Positions 26,021-39,359 are shown, counted from the stretch's first letter. The stretch is DNA of 64,000 bases from Octopus sinensis (GCF_006345805.1 NC_043003.1:83948001-84012000), one strand, 5' to 3'. Numbers and translations: made by a program. Notes: generated by a model from the sequence alone, not told the origin.

Positions 26021-27104
26021 CTGAAAGAGGAAACAAGAAATAATTAGTAACAAAAAACAAAGCAATGATATTAAGCATTTCTAACGCTGGCACAAGTGCA
26101 CACATTTTAACGAATGCAGTGCTTGTGTAGCAGTATAAACACACATCGTCATATGCAAGAGAAAAAGTGTATACAAGAAGGAATGTATATATATCCAAGA
26201 AGTCTTGATAAAGGGAACAGGAGGAAGATATATATATATGTATGTACATATACGCACACACATGCAACAGGCATTGTGAAATGTGACATGTAACCAAAGA
26301 TCAGGTGCAGTAGAGTTCCACATACCACTCTTCTAGTAGCCAGTGTTGTATAACATGAGACATCAAATTCATGATAGGCTTAGGTAGGAAATATAAGCCA
26401 AATAATAGAAATAACAATAATAAGAGTTCCCTTAAAAAACGTGGTATGGTGTGATTTGAGGGAGTTTTAGTCACTATTTCTAGCAACTATGGAGAGGCTC
26501 TTCTGTTCGTATGTTTTTGCGGTAAATTATCTTCCTTAACAAGTATTATTTTTGAAGGCTGCCATGTTTGTCAATACATGCACAGCAAAACTCTTCCACT
26601 TCCCTCGTCTTTTGCGCGTTTATTTTCTTCATGCTATCATAGTGGGATGGTTTTATTGTTGGACAAACTGTTTAACCAATCAACCAAGAAGAAGGAAGTG
26701 AAACATTTTTCTGATAGTACAATGGTAGGGAGGTAAGAAAACTAATATTTCTAATCATGGAGACTGATTCAGCAGAACATTTTATCACACAAATATTCTG
26801 TTTGTCAGCCTGTCAGTCTCTCTCCATCTTATATCGAGGTTTCTCAACCATTTTTGAAAATCTTTAGAACCCCTTTGGTTACTATTTTATTCTGGTGGGT
26901 CCCCACAACCATTTGATGTTTAATAACTGGTTTTATAAAAACTCCTTTCAAAATACCTATTTTATTTTTCACACATTAACTTGTGTAGGTTGAACTATGT
27001 AAAATGTCAGAGAAAGAAACCTAGCTGTTTCTTGCAATGCATACCAATACATACATCTAAAACAAACTTTTTTCAGGGACCCTTAAAATACTATTGTGGA
27101 TGTA

Positions 27105-28599
27105 TCAAGTCATTAAGAATGAAATGTCCGATTTTCTTATGCACCAAATTTGACAGTTGTTAACTATATTTTATCCTGACAAGGCGGCGAGCTGGCAGAA
27201 ATGTTAGCAAGCCGGGCGAAATGTGTAGCCATATTTCGTCTGCTGTTACGTTCTGAGTTCAAATTCCGCCGAGGTCGACTTTGCCTTTCATCCTTTCGGG
27301 GTCGATAAATTAAATACCAGTTGCGCACTGGGGTCGATGTAATCGACTTAATCCTTTTGTCTGTCCTTATTTGTCCTCTCTGTGTTTAGCCCCTTGTGGG
27401 TAGTAAAGAAATAGTTATTTTATCCTGACAATTCTATGTTTTACAACACTGAAGAGTTACGTCATCATTTTTCAAAATGTAATTCATGGTTTTCTCTTGT
27501 AAATCAATTTTTGTGAACCCATGGATAGATCAAATATTCGTGTTGTTTATGAATACAAGTCCCATCGTGGAACCAATGTATCTCAGACAGCTTGAAAAAA
27601 CATCAATGAAGTGTTTGGTGAAGATGTGGCAAATGAGCACACTGTATGTTGATGGTTTGAGAAATTCTGGTCTGGTGACTTTACTCTTGAAAATCAGCCC
27701 AGTGGTAGACCTGAGACCAAGATGGATAATGATGAAGTAGAAACTGTAGTGGAGACAGTTACATCTCAAACTAAGCGTGAGTTAGCAGCAAGGTTTGATG
27801 TTTCGATTCCAACTGCATTGGACCATCTGAAACAAATCAGCAAGGTAAAGAAACTGAACAAGTGGTACCACATGAAATGAACGAGCATCAAATGACACAT
27901 CATCTTGAAATTTGTTGTTCTTTGCTGTCATGGCATAAAAGCAAACCATTTTTACATCATAATGTTACATGTGATGAAAAATGGATTCTAACAATAGCAA
28001 GTGTTCTGCACGGTGGTTGGATAGAGATGAAGTGTCAAAACAATCCAAAAAAGAATATTCACCAAAAAAAAAAGCTAATGGTGTCTGTTTGGTGATCCAG
28101 CACTGGTGTCATCCACTACAGGTTCATGAGACCTGGTAGGTCAATTACAGTGGATGTATACATCAACCAATTAGGTGAAATGAGTGAACTTGCAACTAAA
28201 CAACTGAGATTGGTCAATAGAGACAGGCCAATTCTCTTGCATGACAATGCTCGACCACATGTTGCACAAAGAATGCTACTCAAGTTACAGGAACTTAACC
28301 TGGAAGTTCTCTGTCATCCACCATATTCACCAGATCTTGCACCAATTTATCTATCACGTTTTCCAGGCAATAGACAACTTTTTGCCATCTGAAGAAGATG
28401 CAAAAACAGCCTTTCGTGATTTCATCATCTCTTGCTCTCCAGAATACTTTGATGCTGGCGTAAATCAGCTACTGATAAAATGGTAAAATTGTGTCTATAA
28501 TTTAGGTGCATAGTTTGATTAACTGCATTGCTTTTTGTTGAGATAAAAGTAAAATAAACTTTCAGTTCAAAATTGGACATTTCATTCTTAATGACCATA
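27105..28599 (+). mobile_element. Mariner transposon (second family), decayed, interrupted by a SINE
   Basis: TIRs TCAAGTCATTAAGAATGAAATGTCC / GGACATTTCATTCTTAATGACCATA with TA at both ends. Motifs WVPHEM, TCDEKW, LLHDNARPH and HPPYSPDLAP are present, with stops and frameshifts. Confidence 0.93.
27183..27415 (+). mobile_element. Full-length tRNA-derived SINE, family A (GGCGGCGAGCTGGCAGAA head)
   Basis: B box GAGTTCAAATTC; core GCCTTTCATCCTTTCGGGGTCGATAAA; perfect 16-bp TSD TATTTTATCCTGACAA (27167-27182, 27416-27431). Confidence 0.93.
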
Positions 28600-29899
28600 T
28601 ATTTACTATCTTGTTGCATGGACCCCACCTCCCCAAAAATTTTTGTATGGACCCTCGGGGGCCATATGAACCTCAGTTAAGAACCACTGCATTACATGGT
28701 CATTCATTTGCTTTCACATCCATTTTCTATAATAGCATGGGTTAAGCCAATGTTTCTCAATCATGTTTTTTTCTATGGGTCCCACTGATTCCTATTTTAC
28801 TCTGCTGGACCCCCTGTAGCCATTCAATGTCTAAAAAAAAACCAAAAAAAAAACCAGCCCATGGTATTTTTATAATTAAACATTAAAAAATGTTACTTTG
28901 TGCATAGAATTATAACCAATTTATTATATAAGAATTAACAGAAAACTATGTGGACCCCTAAGTGCATCAACCCAGTAGTCAACTAGTACTTGTTTTTTTG
29001 AGCCCAAAAGGATGAAAGGCAAAGTCCGTCTTGACAGAATTTGAACTCAGAACATAAAGACTGATGAAATGCTACTAAGCATTTTGTCTAGTGTCCTACC
29101 AATTCTGCTAGCTTGCCTAATAATTTTGTTTCATTTTATCGCATATATTTCATATGTTGTATCATATATCCATATACATGGTATAGAATTAAAAAAAATG
29201 TTCCTTTACTGAAATGTTTGTAGCATCAATTTGAATTCCCCTTTTCCTCATATTAATTGTTTGTTTGTATGTATGGTTTACTCAACTTCTCATCTGTTAG
29301 AAAACATCTACTAAAATCAACAAAACTCTGTAATCAAGCTATAGACATTATCATGCATATGTTTTACTTGAAGATTGCAGAGGTATGAAACTCTACCCAT
29401 GAGACAAACACTCAGCTTCAGTTTCAATTTAAAAAATATCCATATCTTCTACATCTATTGAAAACTCCTTTCTCATTCATTCAACATTAAGCAACACACA
29501 CTTATGAAACATGCACACTATTAGCATAAATAGAGTGTATGCTGCCTGGGTTGGCCCTTCCATTTTTTGCCCCTGGATCCCACAAAAAGCACATATTGCC
29601 TACAGCAGACCCAAAAGTGGTGCCTCCTTAAAAGTGCCACCTAGGGAGAACCACCCCATCTCGCTACACTCGTGATGCACACACATACTTATTAAACACT
29701 TCTGTACAATACTCATTGACTGAATTTTTATTCACAAGGCATTAGTTACCCTGGATCTATGACAGAGGATAGCTGACTAAGGCGATGCACAATGGAAGTG
29801 AATTTGGAAATGTGATTTCAAAAGCAAGCTTCTTAACCATACAGCCATCTAATAAAAATAATATCTTAACTAACAAAACTCAATAATCATGTGAGAAAT

Positions 29900-30110
29900 C
29901 ATCATCATCATCATTTAGCATCCGCTTTCCATGCTAGCATGGGTTGGACGGTTCAACTGGGGTCTGGGAAGCCAGAAGGCTGCACCAGGCCCAGTCTGAT
30001 CTGGCAATGTTTCTATGGCTGGATGCCCTTCCTAATGCCAACCACTCCGTGAGTGTAGTGGGTGCTTTTTACGTGCCACAGTCAGATGGCGCTTTTTACG
30101 TGCCAGGCGG
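29900..30110 (-). mobile_element. Family C element (SINE-like, shares the RTE-type LINE 3' tail; (GAT)n end). Other copies at about 34856-35090, 48900-49100 and 56643-56870
   Basis: (CAT)nTTTAGCATCCGCTTTCCATGCTAGCATGGGTTGGACGG...GGATGCCCTTCC; its reverse complement matches the LINE tail at 34700-34840. Confidence 0.8.
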
Positions 30111-30742
30111 AAATTTTAAAATTGATAGATTATTATTTAAAAGATTGTTCTTATTTCATGTCTATATCAAATCTTTCCACCAATTTACGTAGTCTTGCAT
30201 ACTCTATTCTTTGTGTTAATTCTCAAAAATCAGTCAAACAATGCAAAGAATCCAAGTAAGGGGAAAAAAACCCACTGGGCTACTTATATCCTCGCTATCC
30301 TTTAATCTTTTTGGTTAAATCCAAATTCAATTTCATCTGTGATATATCTATTTACTAGTCTTTCCTTCCATAGTTATATTCATTATTAGATTCTCCAGAA
30401 GCATCCGCAAGAACTGCAGATACTATAAAATACTGTCTTGATTTTAATATGAAGAGATATGTAAGGTTGTGAAGGGATTTGTATAATATTAAGAGATATA
30501 TATAAGGCAGCAAAAGGATATATGAAGGGATATATAAGCATGCTGAGCAAAATGCTTAGCAGCATTTCATCCATTTTTATGTTGAGTTCCAATTCAGCTG
30601 AGGTCGATTTTGTCTTTCATCCCTTTGGGGTCGAAAAATAAATACTAGTTGACCACTGAGGCTGATGTAATTGATTTAGTTCCTCCTCCAAAATTTGAAG
30701 CTAGTATGAAAGGATATAAATTAGAAATTATGCGATACTTAC

Positions 30743-30808
30743 CATGCTGATAGTCACCAGCACTGCTGATACATAGGTAAAGATATAGCAAGTGAACAGC
30801 TCTTTACC
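30743..30808 (-). CDS. M6: M6-family exon (TM4, first part): GKELFTCYIFTYVSAVLVTISM
   Basis: 66 nt, the same length as PLP1 exon 6. Acceptor tttactctattttcag, donor gtaagt. Phase 0 to 0. Confidence 0.93.
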
Positions 30809-31299
30809 CTGAAAATAGAGTAAAAATGGGATAAATAAGCAAAATAATTGGGAGAATTTTAAAAAAAAGAAAACAAAAATAATACCATAAGATTTAAGGC
30901 ATTATCATAATTATCAGCATCAAGATCAATTGTATTGTTTTATTTAGTTTCATTAGTTATTGAACTGTGGTCATATTACAGTACAATCTTCAAAAGGGTT
31001 TTGCTTCAATGTATCAACCCTAGGACTTTGCCTGGTAAAAGGATATAAAAAGAATGTAAAGGAATATAATCAAATATCACCAGGAAATTGTCTGATGCAC
31101 CACAAATTCTTCAATCTATTCTGTATATATGTATGTGTGTGTACACACATCTGATGGGGTTTTGCAGTTTATACCCAGAAAGTTCCACTCACAAAGTTTT
31201 GGTGAACCTAGAAGAAAACACATGCTGTGCAAGGTACTAGAATGGAATTGAACCCAGAATCATATACTTGCCCCAATAAAAGTATTTGTCTCAGTTATC

Positions 31300-34200
31300 A
31301 TCATTCTCATAATGCTTACATATGCTCTTCCATGCTGTGAGAAACCTGGTGTGAGCATACTTCTTGCAGAGAAATGGGTGGATAAGCTCATAGAGGTAGT
31401 CCGAGTGAGCAATAGAGTACTTAAGCTCAGGCTAGTCTTGCAGAATAGCATAGTGTCAATTATCTCTACCTATGCCCCACAAGCGGGCCTACCAAATAAA
31501 CAGAAGGACCATTTTTATGATATTCTTCTGCAGGTTACCTCTAAGACTTGGGATTTCAATGGGTATGTTGGATGGCAGCCCAGTATTTTCCATAGTGTCC
31601 ATAGGGGCCATGGAATTGGTTCCCAAACAAAGAGGGAACAAGGCTACTGGAGTTCTATGATGCAAATAACTTATTGATTTGCAACACCAACTTCAGGACA
31701 CTGACCAGCCACCTGATAATCTAACAATCAGATGGTGACACAAGCCAGATCAATTATATTTTCACCAGGCAGCGGGATGCATGGTATCTCTTAAATGCAA
31801 GGACTTTCCCCGGTGAAGAATGTATCCCCAGTATAGACTAGTCATTAATGGTTTTAGACTCCAGGCCAGAAGGATGCCAAGAAGCAGACCAACTTGGAAA
31901 AGAAGGATTTGGTAGCTTAAGGACCCTTCATGTGTTCAGAGATTCAGGGACAGCCTAACTGAGAAATTTGATGAGAGGGAGGAGGAGCTACAAGCTTGTG
32001 ATATAGAACGCAACTGGGAATTCCAGCAGGACAGCTTGCCGAGTGCCACAGACCAAATCTGTGGGTGGTGCAAAGTTCCAACAAGATTTAATATAAAATA
32101 GTGGTGGAACGATGCAATAGACAGGGCCATAAGAGCAAAGAAACAGACCTGGAAGGATTGGGAGAGTGGGGGTAGCAGGGAACTCTATCAGATAGCCAGA
32201 AGGGAAGCTAGGAAACTGGTATATCTAGCCAAGGGTGAAGCAGAAAAGAAGTTTGCCTATGTTCAGTGGACCAAAGAAATGAAATGTTTCAGATAGCAAG
32301 GGTGTGTGAGAGAAAATCGTGATGTCATAGGAGAGAAATGTGTTTCTGTATGAATGATGGTACACTTGCATTGAATGATTCTGCCAAAGAAAGAGGCTTG
32401 GAGATGTCATTATGAAAGACTGCTGAAAGTGGATAATGAATGGGAGGAGGAGAGTCTGCCAAAAGTTGACCCAGCTGAGGGACCAATTATCCAAATCAAC
32501 AGTACCTTGGTAGATAAAGCAATTAAGGATATGAAGACTGGGAAAGCCCCCCGGTCCATCAAGAATCACCTCTGAGATGCTTAAAATATCAGGTAGTGTA
32601 GGTTATGGTCTAGTCACCTATATTGTAAATCAGGTGGTTCACAAAGTAGATATACCCAATGACTGGTGTAGCAGCACCATAGTCAACTGCCACAAAAGTA
32701 AAGGTGATGCCTTAGAAATAATTACAGAAGTATCAAATTGTTGGATCAGATGATGAAAGTTATGGAGAAAGACATAGCCCAGCTAATTAGGAAAAGAGTT
32801 AGCCTAGCAGTTTGGTTTTGTGCCAGGGAGAAGAACCACTGATGCTATATTTCTGGTAATACAGCTGCAGGAGAAATACATAGCCAAAGATAAACCTCTG
32901 TACTTGGCCTTTGTTGACTTGGAGAAAGCCTTTGACCCTAAACCTTATCTAGTGGTCAATGTGGAAAGTAGGGATAGACAAGTGGTTGGTGAGGGCTGTA
33001 CAAGTTATGTACAGGGATGCTACTAATACGGTGAGAGTTGCCAATGAGTACAGCAAAGAATTCAGGGTACAAGTAGGGGTTCACCAAGGACTGTTGCTCA
33101 GCCCCCTCTTGCTCATCATAGTCCTCCAAGCAATAACAAAAGGATTTAAGACAGGTTGCCCATGGGAGCTCCTCTAAGCTGATGACCTTGCTCTTATAGC
33201 TGAATCACTACAAGAAATAGAGAAGTTCCAGTATGGAAGCAAGGTCTATAATTGAATGGCCTTAGAGTTAACCTAACAAAAACCAAAGTCTTAGTAAGTA
33301 GCAAGGCAGGCAAATTACTAATCCCTTCAGGTAGGTGGCCCTTCTTGATCTGTAGAAAAGATGTAGGTAGAAACTTTATAAGATGCATCTGGTTAAGCTT
33401 TGGACACATGAAAAGGTGCAGCAATATCAGAGGAATGTTAACAGGGAAACTAGCTTTTGTATGTGGAAGATGCACCAGAACAATAAATGCTGAATATGTG
33501 CAGAAAATAGACTCCATCAACTGCCAGGGGAACAAGCTATAAGTAGTAGATAGCATCTGTTATCTAGGTGACCAAGTTAGTAGTGGAGGTGAATGCTCTG
33601 TGAGTGTAGCTGTGAGAATAAGATTAGGCTGGGCAAAGTTCAGAGGTCTACTACCTCTACTGGCAACAAAGGGCCTCTCAATCAGAGTGAAAGACATTGT
33701 ATGATGCCTGTGTATGAACAGCCATGAACGATGGGGTTTGACAGCCGAGGATATGTGTAAGCTTGAAAGAAATGAAGCAGTATGCTTTGCTGGATATGCA
33801 ATGTTTGTGTGCATGTTTGAGAGAGTGTAAGTATCTTGATAGAAAAGTTAGGCATAAGAGGCATCAGATGTGGTGTGCAAGAGAAATGACTGTGCTGGTA
33901 CGGTCATGTGATGTGTATGGACAAGGACAACTGTGTAAAGAAGTGCTGATCTCTAACTAAGGAGGGAATCTGTGGTACAGGTAGACTGAGGAAGACATGG
34001 GAAGAAGTGGTCAGGCATGATCATGTGCCTCACAGAGGCAATGACTAGTGATCAAATCTTTAGCAATATGCTGTGCTTGAGAAGACCTGTCAAGCCAAGT
34101 GAAATCGTAGTCAAGGCTGATGTTGGTGTCATGTAACTGGCACCCATGCTAGTGACATGTAAGGTGCACTGTTCAAGTGTTGGGTCTCACAGAGGCAAAG

Positions 34201-34845
34201 TGGTTGAGTTCTTTTCAAGCATTGGGCCCTCATAGAGCAAAGTGGTAGAGTTCCTTTTGAGTGTTGGGTCTCATAGAGGCAAAGTGGCCAAGTTCCTTTC
34301 AAGCATTGGGCCCTCATAGAGCAAAGTAGCAGAGTTCCTTTCAAGCATTGGGCCCTCATAGAGCAAAGTAGCAGAGTTCCTTTCGAGTGTTGGGTCTCAC
34401 AGAGGCAAAGTGGCCGAGTTCCTTTCAAGCATTGGGCCCTCATAGAGCAAAGTGGCAGAGTTCCTTTCTAGTGTTGGGTCTCACAGAGGCAAAGTGGTTG
34501 AATTCCTTTCAAGCATTGGGCCCTCATAGAGCAAAGTGGCAGAGTTCCTTTCGAGTGTTGGGCCTCACGGAGACAATGACCGAAACCTTTGGCATTATGT
34601 CATGCTTGAGAAGAAGACTTAGCAAGCTGAGCAAAATAGCTGTCATGACAGATACTGGTGTCACATAAATGGCACTCATGCTGGTGGCATGTAAAAGCAT
34701 CCATTATGCTCACAGAGTGATTGGTGTTAGAAAGGGCATCCAGCTATAGTAAACCATGCCAAATCAGACTGGAGTCTGGTGCAGCCTTCCAGCTTACCAG
34801 CCTTGGTCAAACCATCCAACCCATGCCAGAATAGACATCATCATC
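31300..34845 (+). mobile_element. RTE-superfamily LINE (RTE/RTEX-like), 5'-truncated and decayed; antisense to M6
   Basis: Endonuclease (GVSILLAEKW...RVLKLRLVL...YAPQAG), RT (TTDAIF...LAFVDLEKAFD; GVHQG..LSPLL; ELL*ADDL) and a Cys-rich insert. The 3' tail has GAAAGGGCATCCAG and abuts a (CAT)n tract. Multiple stops and frameshifts. Confidence 0.9.
34177..34554. repeat. Minisatellite of two 42-bp monomer types ordered A-B-A-B-B-A-B-A-B inside the LINE 3' UTR
   Basis: A=GTGTTGGGTCTCACAGAGGCAAAGTGG..., B=GCATTGGGCCCTCATAGAGCAAAGTGG... Confidence 0.93.
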
Positions 34846-35369
34846 AACATCATCATCATTTAGTGTCCGCTTTCCATGCTAGCATGGGTTGGACGGTTCA
34901 ACTGGGGTCTGTGAAGCCAGAAGGCTGCATCAGGTCCAGTCTGATCTGGCAGTGTTTCTACGGCTGGATGCCCTTCTTAACGCCAACCACTCCGTGAGTG
35001 TAGTGGGTGCTTTTTACGTGCCACCCGCACAGGTGCCAGACGGAGCTGGCAAACGGCCACGGACAATGGACGTTAAATGACGATGATGAGCATATGTGAG
35101 ATGTGACTCATGAGAAGAGCAGACTTAGAACAAACTGAAAGTATTTAATCATTTTTTGCCTTCATTGAGTCCATCGTTTTAGTGATTCAGATTTTATGTC
35201 ACACTTTGATGTTTCTCACCTCACCTTCACTACAATGATTTTCTCTAGTAACTTATGTATAAAAGATGTCTGTTTGTTTGGTCATGGCTCTGTTGTTCAC
35301 AAACCAAACTCATCCATGGTACAGCTGTGCTAGAGCTTTTTGATGCTCTGGTGTCACTACATTTTGGAT

Positions 35370-35417
<48 letters not shown>

Positions 35418-36007
35418 GGTAGGCAGCTGATAACATGGTTTATTATGATGAAGTTAGCAATGAATACTTGAATTGATATCTGTTCTTGTGTAAGGTGTCC
35501 ACTGTTAGAATTACGACTGATCGTTGACCCATGCATTAGACATCTGTGACTGATAGGCATGGTCAGCTTTTGTTTGAGATACCGAGGTTTCATGGGCTAG
35601 AATCAGCACAGTTCATTCTAGGTGAATGACAAGTTCTGCAAGATTGATGGGGTGGGTGTGTGTGTGGGGTGGGGGGCAGGAAAATGTTATTCTCAAACTG
35701 CAGATCTACCCCAAATACTCACAGCAGAATTGATACTGCTGAAGGTATGGAAGATTGTGTGGTGATGTTAATCCTTTTATGTAGGAATCAGATATATCCA
35801 TTCAAAATTTCATTACCCTTAACTACAGAAAGTAGTTTTATGTACCAATCTATATTTTGTTGGGGAATGTCATGCTTGAAACTGTTTTCCATTGAGATAT
35901 GTCAAGTTTATTGAAGCAATTTGACTCGCAGAAAATACTAATTCTATTTTTGGTAGATATTTAACGTCATTACTAGAATAACCATGAAATTTAATCTTCC
36001 AGTGAAT

Positions 36008-36182
36008 GGTACGTCTGTCAAACGGTAACGCAGGTGTCCCAAGGTGAGCTTAGCATGGACGGAAAACACACGTTGAGCAAAAGGGCAAAAGCTCATTCGA
36101 TCTCGATTTTCAGTCCGAATACGGACCACAAAAGCGTTGCCCATCGATCCTTTCCAAACAGCGGTGAGCTATGCATCCACTG

Positions 36183-36218
<36 letters not shown>

Positions 36219-36290
36219 ATGTGGCAGCCAAGCGTTTGCAACCACATCGCCTTTTGATCTTTCGATGTCGGCTCTTCCTATCATTGCGAA
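36008..36290 (+). pseudogene. 28S rRNA fragment (3' domain region) inserted in an M6 intron
   Basis: Contains CTGTCAAACGGTAACGCAGGTGTCC, GAGGTGTCAGAAAAGTTACCACAGGGATAACTGGC and TTCGATGTCGGCTCTTCCTATCATTG, all near-universal LSU rRNA motifs, with scattered substitutions. Flanked by the direct repeat TTAATCTTCCAGTGAATGG (35991-36009, 36301-36319). Confidence 0.93.
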
Positions 36291-36548
36291 ATTAATGAAA
36301 TTAATCTTCCAGTGAATGGGTTAAACCAGGTTGATGGATTAATGCTGTCATCAAAGAATAGTAATGGTATCTCTGATGGACTTCATATCAGTGTATCAAA
36401 CTACTGACAAAAATGGCCGACCTATGTAAAAGATGGTCACACTTGCATAAAATCAAACTGGCAAGTGATTCTATATTTGTGTTAAAAATATATAGTGATT
36501 AATGTTTTAGAGACGCAAATATGGTTTTTGAAGGAAAATTTTACTTAC

Positions 36549-36598
36549 ATCTTTCAGGAACATCTCCAGTTCTGGCTCACAAATAGTTTTGTTGAGAC
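36549..36598 (-). CDS. M6: M6-family exon (extracellular loop 2): GLNKTICEPELEMFLKD
   Basis: 50 nt. Strong polypyrimidine acceptor (ttttttttttccttttttcag), donor gtaagt. Phase 1 to 0. ICE...FLKD(G) aligns with invertebrate M6 VCE...FCKDG. Confidence 0.92.
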
Positions 36599-38610
36599 CT
36601 GAAAAAAGGAAAAAAAAAAATGATTAGAAGAAGACAATTATTTTAGATTATGTAAATGGTTTGTCTTTTTAAACATGATACTGTATATGGCAGTAAAATC
36701 CAGAACAAGGAATGTTTAAAGCTGAATCTTCTTTAGCTTGATAATAATAAGCAGAGTTAGTTTGGACTGATAGAAATGAGAAAGGCTAAGTAATGTAAGT
36801 GTTCAGTGGAACAATTATGAATTAATATATTTGAGGATACCCATGTTGAAGGAGCAATGTGGAAGTCACATCTATTTACAATCAAATTTAGAAACCAAGT
36901 TTTCACTGAAATACTAGTATAAATTAAATGTTATTATCTTCATCGCCATTGTAACTTTCACTTTTCCATGCTTGCACGGATAAGATAAAACTTATTGAAG
37001 CAGATTTTCTGTGGCTGGATTCCCTACCTGTTGCCAACCCTCACCTGCTTCCAACCGAGCTAATATTTCTACTAGTTCTTTGAATATGAATAACATAATG
37101 TTTTCATAGAAGATTGAAAATTAATGACAATACTTTTATGTATATTTCTGACTAGTGCATGGTGTCAAAGGAGATGCAAACACACACATATGCACAGCTC
37201 ATATGTATATAAATGATAGCCTTCCTTGAGTTTCTTTCAACAAAACCCACAAAAATTTGATCAACCCAGGGCTGTAGAAGTGGAAGATGCTTGCTTAAGA
37301 TGCTGTGCAGCAGGACCTAACATGAAACCACATGGTTGTGGAGCGAACTTTTTAAACCACACAACAATGTCTGTGCTTATACAGCTTACAGTTTTATTTT
37401 AACCCTTTCTATATTAATAACTTGGAATTGCTGTATATGATGGGAATTTTGGCTGCCAAACTTAATCCCTGATCCCTACAAATACTTTTCTCTTCTAAGA
37501 CATGTTTGGCAGTAAGAGAAAGAAGAAATAACATTATGGCTGGTAAACGGATGTAAGACAATAGTTTTGTTGACAGACCTGAGTGTCTACATCTGCTTGT
37601 GACTATATAGGCACCTAAAACATTAAGTGAAAACGAGCATGCTACATGTTACCAAGTCAAATTAACTCAAAATTATTCAGGCTTCTTTATCAAATGCATT
37701 ATCTATTCACATTGTTTTGAATTAATCACACATTATCTTGTAGCTTCAAGATTTAAATGGTGTGGTTGTATATTTTTAGAATAATATTATAGGGTAGGTG
37801 TGAGAGGTTGGATCTGGTCAGTTATAATATAAAACAGGTAGAATATTTAGGCCAGATATAGCTGGATTAAATGCTAAAGCATTAAGTAAAATGCACCACT
37901 AATATTTTACTTTCCATGCATAGCACATCCATAATTTTAGTTTGATTCCCAGAATGCCACAAGTCAAATAGATTGAGAAGCATTAATTTACAATATCCTC
38001 TGTTCAGAGTCGATTATGATAATCACCAACCATTGTATGTTGGGTCTCTGTAAGTTAGTGTTGACCATGCAACTGTATGTGTGTGTGCAGGCTTGGGCAA
38101 GACTTTATGAGAAGGGCTAGAAGTTGCACGTGCATGCGAGACTGCCCTCTACATGCTACTGATATTTATTTAAAAGATAAACCAAGAATTTTGGCCTGTA
38201 GCTTGACACCAGTGACATTGCAGGCATTACTGTAGGAATGTAAACATCTGGAAAAAATAGCAAAAGACATCTTTTCCAAACCCTCTAATAGTTCTATTAA
38301 TCCACCATCCTAGATGAGGATTTTTCTAATGGCTCTAAAAAGATGCATAATGGTTAGTTTGGTGGGATTTGAATTCAGTGCATAGTGAGTTGAAACAAAT
38401 ATTACAAAGCATACTTCTGATGCTCTAATGACTCTACCCATTCACTTCCATAGTAATGGTACTGGAGTTGACTGAGCCAACTTATATGTGGTCTTATAAT
38501 CAGAATTAGAACTGATGGCTGATAAGTTTCTTACTTAGACATTCAGGAATTATTTCAGAAACTAAGTCATGGGAATCAGAGTACAAAATTACACAGAAAG
38601 AGAGACTTAC

Positions 38611-38746
38611 CATAATACTTAAGTTCAATGCAGTCTCCCTTCTTGAAGTCAGTGGAGAGAATGAATGTGCTGACCAATAATGGCATTACTCCAAGGGAGC
38701 TGGCAGCTACCCAGATCACGGCCAGGAAATAGGCAAGAAACAGCAC
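38611..38746 (-). CDS. M6: M6-family exon (TM3 and start of the large extracellular loop): VLFLAYFLAVIWVAASSLGVMPLLVSTFILSTDFKKGDCIELKYY(G)
   Basis: 136 nt. Acceptor ...cag, donor gtaagt. Phase 0 to 1. CIELKYYG corresponds to the family motif CxDxRxYG, and the LAY...W...P TM3 pattern is present. Confidence 0.95.
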
Positions 38747-39359
38747 CTGTAAATGAATACAGAAATGAATAGAAGCATTCATTGGAAAGTATACTCAAGT
38801 ACAGATAATTACGGGCGTACAAAAAAGAAAAAGGCATCATCTTAATTTTAATTTGTATTCATTTACACACCAACATATATGTTTGTTTATTCACACACAT
38901 ACAAATATACTTACACTTGTAAAGATATATATTTGAACCATCAAACATGTACAAATACACACTTTAACCATCATACATATACAAATATACATTTGAACAA
39001 TGACGCAGATACAAATATACATTTGTACAAATATACATACAAATATACAACATACAATACAAACCTGTTCAATCACACACGGACAAATATACATTTGTAC
39101 AATTACACACATACAAATATACATTAGTACTCACATACAAATATACATTTGTACACTCACAACCATGCATTTGTATAATTACATACGTACATACCAACTT
39201 ACATATAAATATACTTAGCTTAGAAAGAACAAATATGAGGTTATACAATAGTAGAATACAGACAGAAAACTCTTAATGATTAATTTACTAATTAAAAATT
39301 GATCATTTAAGATATTTAAAGACAGTTAAATGACCAACAGAGTGGGAGTATAGTATAGG

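Larger units (their letters stand above)
26835..28689. mobile_element. hAT/Charlie-like MITE hosting the nested mariner and SINE
   Basis: Ends resemble CAGTGGTTCTCAAC / TTAAGAACCACTG. Degenerate 8-bp TSD (tcttatat / cattacat). Related copies lie at about 9002-9120, 28749-28960 and 62798-63121. Confidence 0.65.

Noticed and set aside
36008-36290. Functional rRNA gene
   Set aside because: Only 283 nt, substituted at conserved positions and flanked by a target duplication inside an intron.
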